In this document: positions 51,839 to 64,000 of the stretch, one piece after another | Position numbering within the stretch: the first letter of the stretch is position 1 | Layout: each line of letters opens with the position of its first letter | NCBI GenBank assembly: GCA_965113315.1 | Contig: OZ220368.1 | DNA length: 64,000 nt | Strand: one strand, 5' to 3' | DNA from: Podarcis vaucheri | Lineage: Eukaryota | Program-made: the position numbers and the translations under genes | Notes under the pieces: generated by a model | Seen by the model: the letters and a program-made list of their open reading frames with translations, nothing else | The model's database searches: none | What the model was told of the DNA's origin: nothing

Positions 51839-52545
51839 TTTGTTGTTGTTTAGTCGTTTAGTCGTGTCCGACTCCTCGTGACCCCATGGACCAGAGCACG
51901 CCAGGCACTCCTGTCTTCCACCGCCTCCCGCAGTTTGGTCAGGCTCATGTTTGTAGCTTCGAGAACACTGTCCAGCCATCTCGTCCTCTGGCGTCCCCTT
52001 CTCCTTGTTTCCTCCATCTTTCCCAACATCAGGGTCCTTTCCAGGGAGTCTTCTCTTCTCATGAGGTGGCCAAAGTATTGGAACCTCAGCTTCATGATCT
52101 GTCCTTCCAGTGAGCACTCAGGGCTGATTTCCTTAAGAATGGGTAGGTTTGATCTTCTTGCAGTCCATGGGACTCTCAAGAGTCTCCTCCAGCACCATAA
52201 TTCAAAAGCATCACTTCTTCGGCGATCAGCCTTCTTGATGGTCCAGCTCTCACTTTCATACATCACTACTGGGAAAACCATGGCTTTAACTATACGGACC
52301 TTTGTTGGCAAGGTGATATCTCTACTTTTTAAGATGCTGTCTACGTTTGCCATCGCCTTTCTCCCAAGGAGCAGGCATCTTTTAATTTCGTGACTGCTGT
52401 CACCATCTGCAGTGATCATGGAGCCCAAAAAAGTAAAATCTCTCACTGCCTCCATTTCTTCCCCTTCTATTTGCCAGGAGGTGAATGGGACCAGTGGCCA
52501 TGATCTTGGGGTTTTTTTGATGTTGAGTTTCAGACCATATTTTGC
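51839..52545 (-). mobile_element. Bov-B (RTE clade) LINE, 3' fragment
   Basis: ORF 51850-52455 with FTFLGSMITADGD, TKVRIVKAMVFPVVMY, DAFELWCWRRLL, YFGHLMRR and WRALVHGVTRSRTRLND; (CAA)n tail. Confidence 0.95.
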
Positions 52546-52689
52546 GGTCCATTTTACCTGGACCTAAGTGTGCAATGCTTTTCCAAGTCTTGATGGTGAT
52601 GGTATGACGTAAGTGAAACCAAGACTCAGCTCCAGAATCCTTGAGCATGTCTCTGAGCATGAGCAGTTAATTTTTCTCAGCAGTGACCA

Positions 52690-52990
52690 GGCTAATGACA
52701 GGGAGCAGCCACCAGTACGTTTCTGAGCAAAATTCAAAGTGTTGGTGCTGACGTTTAATGCCCTAAGCTGAGAGAAGTGAGGCTACAGGGAACCAGGCAG
52801 AGGGCCTTCTTGGTAGTTGTGCCTGCCCCATGGAACGCCCTCCCATCAGATGTCAGGAAATAAAACAACTATCTGGTCAGGAAAGTTTTTAAATGTTTGA
52901 TGTCTTATTGTGTTTTAATTTGTTAGAAGCCACTCAGATTGGCTGGGGGAATCCAGTCATATGGGTGGCATATAGTTGTTGTTGTTGTTA
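52690..52990 (+). mobile_element. L2 3' fragment with internal deletions
   Basis: CCAGTACGTTTC..TTCAAAGTGTTGGTGCTGAC and CAGGGAACCAGGCAGAGGGCCTT closely match the young L2; (GTT)n tail. Confidence 0.8.
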
Positions 52991-53184
52991 CACAGCTCTT
53001 TTTGACAACAAGCCAATGGCGGCCATGCATTTGACATACATGTGGCATTAGTGCAAGGGCGGGGAGCTTGTGGCCCTCCAGATGCTGCTGGACTCCCTTC
53101 TTGTGTCTTAGCTCCCATCTACCACTCAGTGGTTAGGGCCTCTCCCCCACCCATGGAAAGTGGCCGAGTGTAATTATGCAGAAA

Positions 53185-53364
53185 NNNNNNNNNNNNNNNN
53201 NNNNNNNNNNNNNNNNNNNNNNNNNNNNNNNNNNNNNNNNNNNNNNNNNNNNNNNNNNNNNNNNNNNNNNNNNNNNNNNNNNNNNNNNNNNNNNNNNNNN
53301 NNNNNNNNNNNNNNNNNNNNNNNNNNNNNNNNNNNNNNNNNNNNNNNNNNNNNNNNNNNNNNNN
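53185..53364. other. Assembly gap (N run)
   Basis: Run of N. Confidence 0.99.
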
Positions 53365-53560
53365 AAAAACCCCACGTACCAAAACCAGCCTGGAAATCAC
53401 ACCAAGGAGGTGCACAGGGAGGATACTTTGGCTGCTTGCCCCCCTTTTGGTGCCATTTTGTTGTTTGAGACCCGGGTGTTGAAGGATAAACACGGGAGAG
53501 GTGGGCTCAGCTGCAGGACGTGGGATGCCGAGTAGTCAGACCAGACTCGTGAGCAGACGT

Positions 53561-53756
53561 NNNNNNNNNNNNNNNNNNNNNNNNNNNNNNNNNNNNNNNN
53601 NNNNNNNNNNNNNNNNNNNNNNNNNNNNNNNNNNNNNNNNNNNNNNNNNNNNNNNNNNNNNNNNNNNNNNNNNNNNNNNNNNNNNNNNNNNNNNNNNNNN
53701 NNNNNNNNNNNNNNNNNNNNNNNNNNNNNNNNNNNNNNNNNNNNNNNNNNNNNNNN
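53561..53756. other. Assembly gap (N run)
   Basis: Run of N. Confidence 0.99.
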
Positions 53757-55336
53757 CTGCCATGCTGGCACACGGCAACTGGCCCTGGCAGTGCCAAGGC
53801 CAAACAGCAGAAAGATGTTCAGTGTCAGCCACTCCACAAGGGGTTACAGCGCTGCCCGTTCACCTCTAGAACCCTGGTTGCATGCCTTGCCTTGGTTCAA
53901 GTGCTGTGTTCCCCCGTCATGAGGCCAAGTGTGCCCTCCACAACATGCAGCAACTGCAGGGTGCCCAATTCATTATCTGTGGCAGCCTTCCTGTGACCTT
54001 CTACAAAAAGCAGTTGCTATGTTTGTCCATGGTCTTTTTGGGGAGGAGATCTCCGTGAGCATAAATTATAGGCTGTTTTATGAAGTTACAGCTAACCCTG
54101 AACTGAGCACCCTAAAGTGACCCTACACATTATAGACGTGACCCTGATTAAGGAAGTGGCTGACTTGGATTTCAAAAGATTATCGTGCTTCATCTTTCCC
54201 TCAAGTAGTTTACCTGGGCCATTTTTTTTCTTGAGCCAGAGACTCAGGAGGAACATCATTTCTGAGAGCTATCCTACAGGTGGAAAGTTGTGGCTGGTGG
54301 TTTTCATTTCCTAGTTTTACCCACCTGCTGCAACTTGTCTCTGTGTGATGATGTCCAAGCAGACTCCAGATAGATTGGGGAGGAGAAGAGCCTGAGGGAG
54401 AGAGACATGAAGGGGATGGAGGGGCACAGCCTGATGTACATCATTAACTTTGGTGAAGCGGAAAATGAGTGGATTTCCTCCCGTCCCCAAGCACCATATT
54501 TGAAAGTGTACAGAGGGGGAGGGAAGAGGCACTTGGTGTCTTCTCAGAAGTGACAAAATATAATCTGCACTTCCGACTTTCATAGTTTTGGGCAGCATGA
54601 AAAATGTGAATTTGAAAAATTCCTTACTAGCTTTTCAGTGAGCAGGTTAATTTCAGAGAGCGTTTATTTGAAGTTGATGGAAATTTAAATCTGGATATTA
54701 ATTCTTGACTCTCATTCTTGCCTTCGGTGATGTGGGTATGAAAAGAGTTGCTTTTTATACTTGCTTGCAGCTTACTATTATTCAGTTTTGCTTTTTGTGA
54801 ATTGCTCAAAAGTGTTGCTATGGAACAGTATAAAACCTAATAACAGAACTGATAAATAACAAAACTCCATAATGCATGACAAGCTGGATGAAGACTAGAG
54901 TGCAATAAGTGGCAGAAGCATTGCACCAAAACTGACCAAACGCTGGCCAGCGCTTATCATAGAGCCTTCTAGGTGGCAGTGTGGGCTGCAAAGAAAGCTC
55001 ATTTTGCACTGCATCCTTGAGGAGCCGGTGGGCAGAACTATTTTTGGATGGCCTGGAGGTTACTAACTCTCATTGTGAGGGAAGGATCTCTAGAACAAAC
55101 TATATTGATTGTCCCATTGATTGGGCTAAGTGGAAACAGGACCCCCTTTTAATGAAACAGGAAAAAAATGCTGGCACCACACACACACACACACACACAC
55201 ACAGCAGTCTTTGGGTGAGCGTGGCAGAAATGCTGACCTTCTTAAAGGTAACTTAATGGGGGAAGTTCGCTCATGGAGAACCTCAGTCTTCTCAGTTTTT
55301 GTTCAGCATAGATGCACATACTTTGCTGGAACGGAC

Positions 55337-55373
<37 letters not shown>

Positions 55374-55387
55374 AACAGAGAGAGGGG

Positions 55388-55930
55388 AATCATAGAATTG
55401 TAGAGCTGGAAGAGACCCAACAGGTCATTTCGTCCAAACCCCCTGCAATGCAGGAATCTCAACTAAAGTATCCAGGACAGATGGCTACCCAACCTCTGCT
55501 TAAAAACCTCAAGGAAGGAGAGTCCACCACCTTCCAAGGCAGTATGTTCCACTGTCAAACAGCTCCTGTCATCAGAAAGCTATTCCTGATCTTTAATCAG
55601 AATCTCCTTTCTTGTAACTTGAAGCCATTACTTTGAGTCCTACCCTCCAGAGCAGGAGAAAACAATCTTGTTCCATCTTCCATATGACAGCCCTTTAGCT
55701 ATTTGAAGATAGCTATCCTATCTCCCCTTAGTCTCCTCTTTTCCAGGCTAAGCATCCCCAACTACCTCAACCATTCCTCATCAGGCTTGGTTTCCAGATC
55801 CTTGATCATCTTGGTTGCCCTCCTCTACATACATTCCGGTTTGTCAATATCCTTTTTAAATCATGGTGCCCAGAACTGGCCACAGTACTCCATGTGTGGT
55901 TATGACCAAGGCAGATTAGAGTGGAACTAT
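55388..55930 (-). mobile_element. CR1 LINE 3' end
   Basis: AATCATAGAAT terminal octamer repeat; the reverse complement matches the CR1 segment also seen at 24685-25045. Confidence 0.9.
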
Positions 55931-56774
55931 TTGAATCAAACAAAACACAATTTATTGTGTACCATAGCTTTGCTCCTGGCGTTGCTTGGGAATTCTAGCA
56001 AACAAACAAAATATGTAGTTAAAATGAGTGCTGTTCAGTCTGCCATCTTTATTCTCAGTCGCATCCAAAGATGAAAAACTGCTTCTCGATCTCAGGAACC
56101 ATAATGCAAAATTTGGTTACAATATCTTAAGAGGTTTCCAAATGCAAAACAAACATACAAACAACTTTCCAAAATACATAGTAAGTTGAATGGATGCAGA
56201 GATACATTCATATTAAAAAGTGTCTTTGAGCCAAGGAGTCCCTGGTTGAAATGTTGCCTCAGCCATGAACTCATTTAGATAAGGTTCAAGAGTTTAGTGA
56301 CATAAGCAAATTGGAAAGGGGAACCTTCGCTCATCACTGGAATGTTTCACTCGCCTGTCTCAGTTATACACTGCAGTTGCCAGACACTCCCGCAACTCAC
56401 ATTGCCAGGCTTCCCTGGGTTCTCTCATACCCCATTTGATCCCCTCCCGATCAGAGAGGCACCACTCTTTAGCTCCCGGGCTCTTATGCTGTGCCTCAAG
56501 GTCTGAGCCTTAGGGGATCCAGCAAGCTTTCCTCCAGTTCCCCCCTAGAAGTAGTATGGAGAGAGAGAGAGAGGTTGAAGTAAGCAAGCCTACTGGTAAA
56601 ATAGGGCGATGGGACAGTATGAGAGAAGAGAGGATCATGCAAAAGTATGCAGGAAAGGATTTGAATTATTGCACGGGTATGAGGAACTGTATACATCTGT
56701 ATACAGCAAAGGATTCCCAGCTTGCATCTGCCAAAATTCATTTGCTACTATTTAACATTTAGTGCTAAATTGTA

Positions 56775-57296
56775 CTATTCAATGGCCCCTTATCCTGGAA
56801 AGAAGTGAAGTGTCACAGGTTTCTGTCCTGGGCCCGTTGTTAGTCAACATGTTTATAATGACATGAATGAAGGAATTGAGGGGATCCTCGTCAAATTTGC
56901 AGATGACACCAAACCAGGAGGTGTACCTAATGCCACAGAAGGCAGAATTGGGATACAAGATGACCTTAGCAGATTGGAGAACTGGGCCCAAATGAACAAA
57001 ATGAATTTTAATAGTGACAAATGTGAGGCTCTACACTTGGGCAGGAAGAACCAGCTGCACAATGTAAGACTGGGGACACATGGCTTGGCTCACAGTAGAC
57101 CACAAGCTTCAAATGAGTCAACAGTGTGGTGCAGCAAAAATAGATAAATAAAAATAAAAATAATAAAAATAATGCTATTCTAGGCTGCATCAACAGAAGT
57201 GTAGTATCCAGGTCAAGGGAAGTAATAGTGCTGTACTCTTCTGCCGTGGTCAGACCACACCTGGAATACTGTGTCCAGTTGTGGGCACCACAATTC
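56775..57296 (+). mobile_element. CR1 LINE RT fragment
   Basis: EGILVKFADDTK, IQDDLSRLENWA, MNFNSDKCEALHLG, LGCINR and [10 protein letters not shown]. Confidence 0.92.
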
Positions 57297-59683
57297 TATT
57301 TTAAGAAACAATTCTATTTTATTTTTCATATTAATAAAGATATAAAATGAAGAAAACACCCCTAGAGCAGCGTTGCACTTTAAGGAAGCATAACCAATCT
57401 CACTTTTGGTCTTACCATCTTTCTTTTTAATGCCATGTCTGTGCTATGATTTAATCCTAGATCAGTGTGCTAATCTGGTTTGCATCCCTGAGATCTGGAA
57501 GGATAAAGAGCAGTGGGGAGTGGGCATCTTTTCTACAGAATGAAGTAGGTAGGCACCTCTAATGATGGTGGAGGAAGACTTGTAATGGGCAGGACAAAAC
57601 ACAGCTAAGAGATGGTAGTTGTTCCTGGTCTGTGAAGGTGAGGGTGGTCACCACTGCCTCTACCTGAGTGAAGTTGTTCTAGGTTATGAAGGACCTGTCT
57701 CAAGTGCAACGTCAGAAAGAAATGGAGGAATGCTCAGAAGCCCTCTGTGACCAATTTCCTCAGCATTTTTCAGATAAAAGTCTCTGGAATCCCCATGGAC
57801 TTTCTCAGCAGTGATTTTGGAGGACTCTGAGGCTTCCAGTTGCCACGTTTTATGGGATAACTTTCAACTTGTTTGCCCTGAGTTTGTGGGCAGAATCCTT
57901 GGAGATGTTCGGCCAACTGCTTGTGTTTTGGATCCTCTTGATAAAGGTATCTTTGGACCCCTCAGTTTTGAACAATGAACTGACAAATGCCAGATGAGAG
58001 TGAAGAGAGTGTGGATCAGTGCAAAAGCTGAAAATAACTGGAGTTGCAAGTGTGGTTGGCTAGAGCCATCTTTTAAAAAATAAACAAATCTTAATGATAT
58101 GTAATCCAGAATGGGATGTTAAAAAATCACAAGAACATAAAAACAATGCTGATGGATCAGATCAGAGACCCATCTAGTCTAGCATTCAGCTCTCACAGTG
58201 GCCTAACAGATGGCAATAATTCTGGTCATTTGGAAATTTTGGAAATTCTGGTTTTGTATTAGTGTGTTAAATGTTGGAAGTATGGTTGAGTGGATATGTG
58301 GAATGCAAAGTCTCCCAAGATGCCAAGCTTGGCAGGAAGGGTGAGAGGAGCTACTGAATCAGAGGGTAATAGTGCCAAGGAAGAGTTTGTAAGTATTGTG
58401 GGGGTGGGGTTCAGGGCTGCAGTTATACGAGCTGGACAGAGCTGAATTGCTGGAGTATTTCTGCCATTATGGTTTCACTAGGGCTAAGCAGGCAAGCAGA
58501 ATAGCTAATGCAAACAGCAAAAATGCTATTTCTGGATGAAGTATCCTCTAATAAATAACCTCAGAGTATTCTCCCCTATCAGTTGGTGACATCCTGCATT
58601 CTTCTTCCCCGCTGCACCAGCCCAAGACATTTAATGATGTGGTGCATCTTATGAGATGTGATGTTCATGCTAAGTATTTCCAGCTTCACAAAATAAGAGA
58701 GGGGGATGGAAAGGCCTGTTTCATCTGTCCCCCCTCCCCCCGTTTCTTTTTTCCTCTTCCAAAAAAGGTAGTGCACTTAGCTATATTGCTAACATAATTA
58801 TTGTCCACCACTGGTTTTCTTCACACCCTTACACAAATGCATCCACCACTAATTTTCTGCTGCCCTAACTGACAGAATAATCCTATTTTTACTCTATGCC
58901 AGGGATGCTGTTGTTGTGCCGAGGAAATGGCTGACACATACAAGGCATGCTCAGCCTGGGGAAAACACACAGGTAGAAAATGCAAGAATGGCACAAAAGT
59001 CACAAATACACCCATGGTTTGGGGAAGCAAAGGAACAGATTTTTAAATCCCACCCAGGGGAAATAGGATACATAGGGAGCTCCCAGGATATAAAGCCTAC
59101 AGTCAGAGATCTCGTGGGGCATTTTGCTCCCCCCACTCATACACCCCATACTCCGACCCAGCCTCATGTGACTCAGTCATGGACACCATGAGCACAGCGG
59201 CTGCAGAGGACTCCTATTGTATGTTTTCAGTGCTGGGTCCCCCCAATTTGAATCCAGAGTATACCCCTAATCTAGGAAAGGGAAAAGGTCCTTCCATCCA
59301 AGGAAACCTGAGTCAATCAGGATAACTACTGCATGGATCAATGTTCTGCTTGTTCTGCTCCATAAATCTGGGCTGTGATCCCGCAAGGCTAAGTTATTTA
59401 GCACTGGTTGGAATGAGGGCCCCACCTTTGCCAGCAGAGATCTTGCCTGCACGTGGGGCTGAGTGACCCCCTCGGCGTGTGGGGATGGCACCACAGAGTT
59501 CAGACTCAGGCCAGTTGAGTATTTTCCCCCCCTCACTTTTGCGCATGTGTGTGTGTGAATAAGTGAATATTAAGTGAATTTTAATATGAGATCAGGGTTT
59601 CCTCCCCCTCTCCACCCCCCTTTTATTTACCTCTTCACTCCCCAAAAGCCTTGCTGTCCCCATTCAAGTAACAGCCTGGCCTC

Positions 59684-59690
<7 letters not shown>

Positions 59691-59755
<65 letters not shown>
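59691..59755. repeat. (TTA)n microsatellite
   Basis: Seen directly in the sequence. Confidence 0.95.
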
Positions 59756-59756
<1 letters not shown>

Positions 59757-60879
59757 CTGTGGTCCCCTGGGAGCATAGCTATTGTGCCAGGAGTGTTCTG
59801 TCCCTGGAAAAGTGCCTGTGGCTGCTGAGAGCAGATCCAGCCCTTTTACAGGTGGACCAGCTCTGCTGGTGGCGTGTCTCACTGGTGCACCCGAGGCCTT
59901 CTGCCGTGGGGATCTGTCATGGCAGCTGTGTGCCTGGCGATCCTACAGCGTTTCAGGCCTTCTGCCAAATCCTATGTAGCCCCGCAGCTGGCAGCTCTTC
60001 CAATCTCGTAAGAAAAAGAACAATCAATTTCTGATATTCCCAGAGTTTGTGTTAATGGTCTCTCTAACCACTCTGATTAGCTGAGTGAGATTGAATTTTT
60101 CTTTTAAATTGCAGTGTGTGTTGACATTCAATATATGGGGAAACTTTGATGGAAGGGAGGTAGAGGGGGTGGGTGGGCCCAAGTTTCGCATTTATCCAAA
60201 TGTCTTATTCATGTCCTCTTCATCATTTGCTTCATCTTTCCTGCCCTTCCTCTCCTGCCCCATCTCGGGGGGGGGGGCAGGCTGTATGTGTGTGTCCGTG
60301 TGACACTGGTTTCTGTGTTGGTACTGAGCAGTCTTTGCATTCCAAGCCTGCGTGTTTCTTTGAGGAGGACAGTTCTGTGAATTCACTAGGGAGAATTTGA
60401 TCCTACCAATTGGCAAGTGGCGTGTGTGTATCTGTGTGTGTGCCTTCCTTTCTACGTTGTGCTAAGGTTTGTGAGGTCTGAATTCACAGTCTTGTGGGCA
60501 ATTCAGTCCGTTTGCTTTTTGTCCCAGCCCCCCCATCCGCGAGTTCCCTTGCATTTCTAAAGGATGAATAAATTAGACTCAAAGGAGTACATGATGGATT
60601 TTCCATTATTAATTTCCTTTTTATTTATTTTTAGTCCCTTTCCCTCACATTCCCCCTCTCTCTTTGTCTTTTTCCCACTCTGTGTGACTATATTTAGGTG
60701 TGAATTCAGCAATAGCTTTCTGTCCGTTTGTACTTTTCGTTTTGATAAACTGACATCTCCACCCCCACCCCAGAGCCCTGTGCGGGGATTTGATCTGAGC
60801 AATCCCTCGACCCTGTTGGAACACATTAAACACTCGCCCAGACCCCTTACTCTGTCTCCATCTCTGAACCTTTCACTCT

Positions 60880-61090
60880 CCTTTAATGAGAATTTCTCCT
60901 AATTATTTCAGTGGCTGCAGCACAGGGACCGCAGTGTACTTAGATCTCGATTCCGGGGACGTGACTGTTATGCTGATCAAGGCAAGGGATCAATAATTTA
61001 GGCTCCAGCTTTAATGGCAGAGCCGAGAGCTTAAGTGTCTGCAGTCAGGCTCGCTTCTGGAGATTCCTGGAGTATTAATGCTTTCCACCA
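60880..61090. promoter_or_regulatory. Candidate conserved non-coding element or enhancer
   Basis: Repeat-free, CpG-retaining block with clustered TAAT/TTAATG motifs; no ORF. Inferred from composition only. Confidence 0.4.
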
Positions 61091-61262
61091 GATTTTTGCT
61101 TGCCTGCTACAACTGCACCCTATATATTTAAACATGTATGCTCTATGTGTATCATACTTTTCAATTCCTCTTTCTGTTGCACTGGCTAATTTCAAATTTT
61201 CCCGATTTACCCTTAAAACCTATATCTAGTTATTTTCAGGCACATCAAAAGTGAGAAAAAAA

Positions 61263-61319
<57 letters not shown>

Positions 61320-61331
61320 GACACACACACA
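61263..61331. repeat. (CT)n(CA)n microsatellite
   Basis: Seen directly in the sequence. Confidence 0.95.
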
Positions 61332-62087
61332 CAGAGGGAGGGAGGGAAGGAGGCAGAGTCTGCATATGCCTCAGCTGACCTGCTTTACTTGATAGGTACA
61401 TATGAAAATGCATCTCTTCTTTACATTTATATGTCATGTAGAATGTGAAATATAAACAGGTGCTCTGCATTAAGGAAACCTGTCTTTGGCACTCAAGATA
61501 AATCATGCAGATATAAACCCACATCTATTTACTTTGCATAATTTCATCAGCTTTCAAGACTCCGGGGTTTTTTTTTAAAGAAAAGAAAAGAAACTGATTT
61601 ATTAATTTATTTGCATTGTCTAGGGACTGAAGATGGGAATAAAAGGAAAGGAATTTGCGGGAGGGAACGCCAGATGGAACTTGGGGGCATAAAAATAATA
61701 ATGGGCACACATGAACACATATACTTTGAATGTAATCCAAAGTAATTAGATTATTTTCCTGGCAGGGCAGCTATATGTCCAGGGTCCTAATCTGAAGGAG
61801 GTGGGGACTGTGCAGCAGCCTTCAGGGTGCAAATTAGGCCCCCCACTCCCCGACCTTGATGCTATTTCTGGAGGCGTTAGGGGCTGGTAGGTTCATTGGC
61901 TGAAGGGCATTACAGGTTTTCAGGCCCCAGTGGCTCCCTTATATTCATATGCCCAGTTGGGAAAATTGGAATTGTAGTTCCCATGGTTCACAACTGCCCT
62001 GGATAGAGCATACTTGTGTGCAGGGCGGGGGGTCTGCGGTGCTGGTGAAGCCTGCAATCTCTAAATTATGCCATAATTTGAAATGAA

Positions 62088-62360
62088 GGAGCCAGTGTGG
62101 TGTAGTGGTTAAGAGCGGTAGTCTTGTAATCTGGGGAACCGGGTTCGTGTCTCCGCTCCTCCACATGCAGCTGCTGGGTGACCTTGGGCCAGTCACACTT
62201 CTGTGAAGTCTCTCAGCCCCACTCACCTCATAGAGTGTTTGTTGTGGGAGAGGAAGGGAAAGGAGAATGTTAGCCGCTTTGAGACTCCTGAAGGGGAGTG
62301 AAAGGCGGGATATCAAATCCAAACTCCTCTTCTTCTTCTTCTTTTTCTTCTTCTTCTTTT
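62088..62360 (+). mobile_element. tRNA-derived SINE with (CTT)n tail, same family as 12905-13184
   Basis: Nearly identical to 12923-13184. Confidence 0.92.
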
Positions 62361-64000
62361 GCATATATATGCAAGCAGAGTTCATTTCCACCCCCCACCC
62401 CTTAATAGCCAGTTACTTTTTGTGATTGCTGGGACTCTACATCTCACAAGTCTTGTCCCTGATATCACCTTGGGCTTCTGAAGTACACTGTGAGATCAGG
62501 GATGATCTTGAAGCTTCCCCATGTTGCATCATTCTTCCAAGGTGCTTGGAGCACTTTCAGAGCATAGTGTAACTGAGGCCATCTATTTTCTCCAACTCCC
62601 AAGTTCAGGAGGTATGCTGGGGTTTGATCATTCTTCCCAAGGAGAAGATTGGTGCTCACTTTGACAAGTCTGGTGAGTGAATAATTTTTGGACCATCAAA
62701 ACACCATGACCTAGGTAGTACTTGTGCACTTGAGACTCGGCCATTTAGCAGAGCATTCCTGAATGCTGATAATTTTGGGGGGGCAGGGGGCGGGGAATAG
62801 AAATGCATGTCTGCAGTGGTGGAAAAAAGGAATTGGGGTATTGGAGCAATCTTTTTTATGATCTGGGCCTGATGCTTGGTAGGATCTTGACACAATGCAT
62901 AAAAAGGCCAGGGTAGTTCACTTCTAAGTTCATGGCTACAACCTCCTTCCAGTTCCAGAATTCAGTGCTATCAATCCCCAAGGATTCTACATTTTAAAAT
63001 AAAATTGTGTGCTGGATAAAGGGCTGCTTCTATTTCCTGTCATTCTTTCGTGGAAGCACTTGTACATGCCTTGGATGTTCTGTGAATGCATAATTTGCAC
63101 ATTGTGATCCACTTCTAGATTCTCCTTGCCACTACTAAAACTTAGCTGGGGTATCATCACATCAAAATCTATGGATACTGTTATGTCCCCAATCCCAGAG
63201 AGTCTATTAAATAGGGTGGTGGAGGTCTAGTTGTGATTCAAGAATAACGTCTCAAATAATTAGTGATGATCTTAATGTGGAATTTATGTTCCAGTGGGCT
63301 TTTTGTAGGTATACAGCAAGGCACTTTCAATATTTGCAGGCAAATCCTATTGATTTCAGTGGGCCTTAGCTTGCCAGGCTTGCCTACCTACTTATTTGTC
63401 CTGGCCTTTGGCTTAGAATTACAGATCCCCTCAGTATATTTTAATATTCTGTTCATATTAGAATATGGAAAACAACTGGTTCTTTTTTGTCTTCTTCGAC
63501 TCTTCTTTCTCTTTGACCTAGGGACGACTTGTCTCTTGTCCTCTGCTCAGTCTGAATGGCAAAAGCCTTCCCAGGTTGGAATAATGTGATTCTGGCAGGG
63601 GGAGGGGGCAGCCCTGGAGTCTCCTGGGGGCTTTGGAGGGCTAAGCCAGGAATGAGTGATTGGCCTCGCCAAAGTGTTTAAACACCAGAATTGAAATTAA
63701 TGTCCCCTCATTGCTGGCTGGGCTGATGATATGTTACAGCAAAGCACCTCACTAAAGTGAAATGAATGTTTGTTTATCCTCATGAAATATATATCAAAAC
63801 ATGTTGGTGGTGGAAGCCTTAATGAGCGGAAACACTGGGTTGCGTTTGTTTCAGACCTGGGGGTGCTGTCCCACAACTTCATTTTGGAACTTTCCCCCAC
63901 GCTAACCTGTCCGCAGCTGTGTTTCCTGCGCATTAATAGAACTTTAATGGAAATGCCGGCTCATCTGTCCAAAGAAATTGATGAGCATTTCACAATCATA

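Noticed and set aside
53365-53560. CpG-rich island between two gaps
   Set aside because: It is a short contig between N runs and may be low-quality sequence. ORFs through the Ns are artefacts.
54960-54985. CTCF-like motif (also near 20470 and 46625)
   Set aside because: Only partial matches by eye, which are expected by chance in 64 kb.
1-64000. Host protein-coding genes among the short six-frame ORFs
   Set aside because: The ORFs are random-length, low-complexity or repeat-derived, with no recognisable host domain. Small exons cannot be excluded without RNA-seq or homology data.

Overview
This is vertebrate, not microbial, DNA. The repeat content points to a squamate, most likely a lacertid lizard: Sauria/Squam1 SINEs of the lacertid type, Squam3-like SINEs, Bov-B/RTE, young L2, CR1, L1/Tx1-like LINE ends, and Tc2-, Tigger- and hAT-type MITEs. 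I find no host protein-coding exon, tRNA, rRNA or CRISPR array that I can support. Every recognisable ORF is a retrotransposon fragment, so the window looks like a large intron or gene desert, with four small N gaps. The best-supported observations are: (1) a three-level nest, L2 inside a hAT MITE inside a SINE, with two visible target-site duplications (TSDs); (2) a TSD-bounded L1 copy with an internal deletion that may be a splice junction; (3) a solo LTR with a 5-bp TSD inside a SINE tail; (4) two MITEs sharing one TA, one carrying a CpG-rich 8/10-mer array; (5) closely spaced inverted SINE pairs; and (6) several repeat-free blocks rich in homeodomain-type motifs that resemble conserved developmental enhancers. 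I see no convincing novel multi-gene system. Family names come from recall of consensus features and need a Dfam/Repbase check.
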